The notes under the pieces are model-generated. The model did no database searches and was not told where the DNA came from. It saw nothing but the letters and a program-made list of their open reading frames with translations. A DNA stretch of 64,000 nucleotides from Synergistales bacterium (GTDB lineage: Bacteria; Synergistota; Synergistia; Synergistales; JAFGMB01). Location of the stretch: the NCBI GenBank assembly GCA_963666205.1, contig OY762654.1:2884784-2948783 (forward strand), read 5' to 3'. Positions 63,857-64,000 of this stretch are shown here, piece after piece (positions within the stretch are counted from its first letter, which is position 1; each line of letters begins with the position of its first letter). The position numbers and the translations under genes are program-made.

Positions 63857-64000
63857 TTCCAGATTATGGTATTTACCCTGGAAAGAACCCGGTCCTGTAA
63901 AACATGATATACAGGGTAACGTCTGATTTATATTCAAATCTAGCCACTTATTTTTCAATACCCATGCAAGCTTCAGTAAAGATCTTAAAAGATCTTATGG

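Overview
Gene-dense core-genome region of an anaerobic bacterium. Gene order and protein style suggest Synergistota, but this is inference. Order: nifJ/PFOR; trmB-trmO-rsmD-coaD; tmcAL divergent from ackA-yceD-rpmF; a fapR-plsX-fabHKDG-acpP-fabF-rnc operon; pyrR-pyrF-pyrE; selenocysteine-containing selD and birA; frameshifted prfB; an S55 peptidase; tmk-holB-ricT-ftsY-purB-glpX; orphan hypF; cobO, a P-type ATPase, mnmA, a Lon-like protease, nth; yerC-like and hisC-like genes; three tRNAs; tilS-hpt-ftsH; uvrB-uvrA-rlmB-proC. The window ends in a proline-centred cluster: an NSS transporter with a 31-aa MetS-type small subunit missed by the ORF track, a proline racemase, and a five-gene flavin/Fe-S operon collinear with the archaeal alpha-beta-gamma-delta dye-linked proline dehydrogenase (pdhAFXB). 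No mobile element or CRISPR array is supported. The best leads are the proline cluster, a FapR with a non-canonical start and a remodelled malonyl-CoA pocket, and a PyrR that seems to have lost RNA binding while its promoter carries a LacI-type operator. All product calls come from motif recognition without database searches.
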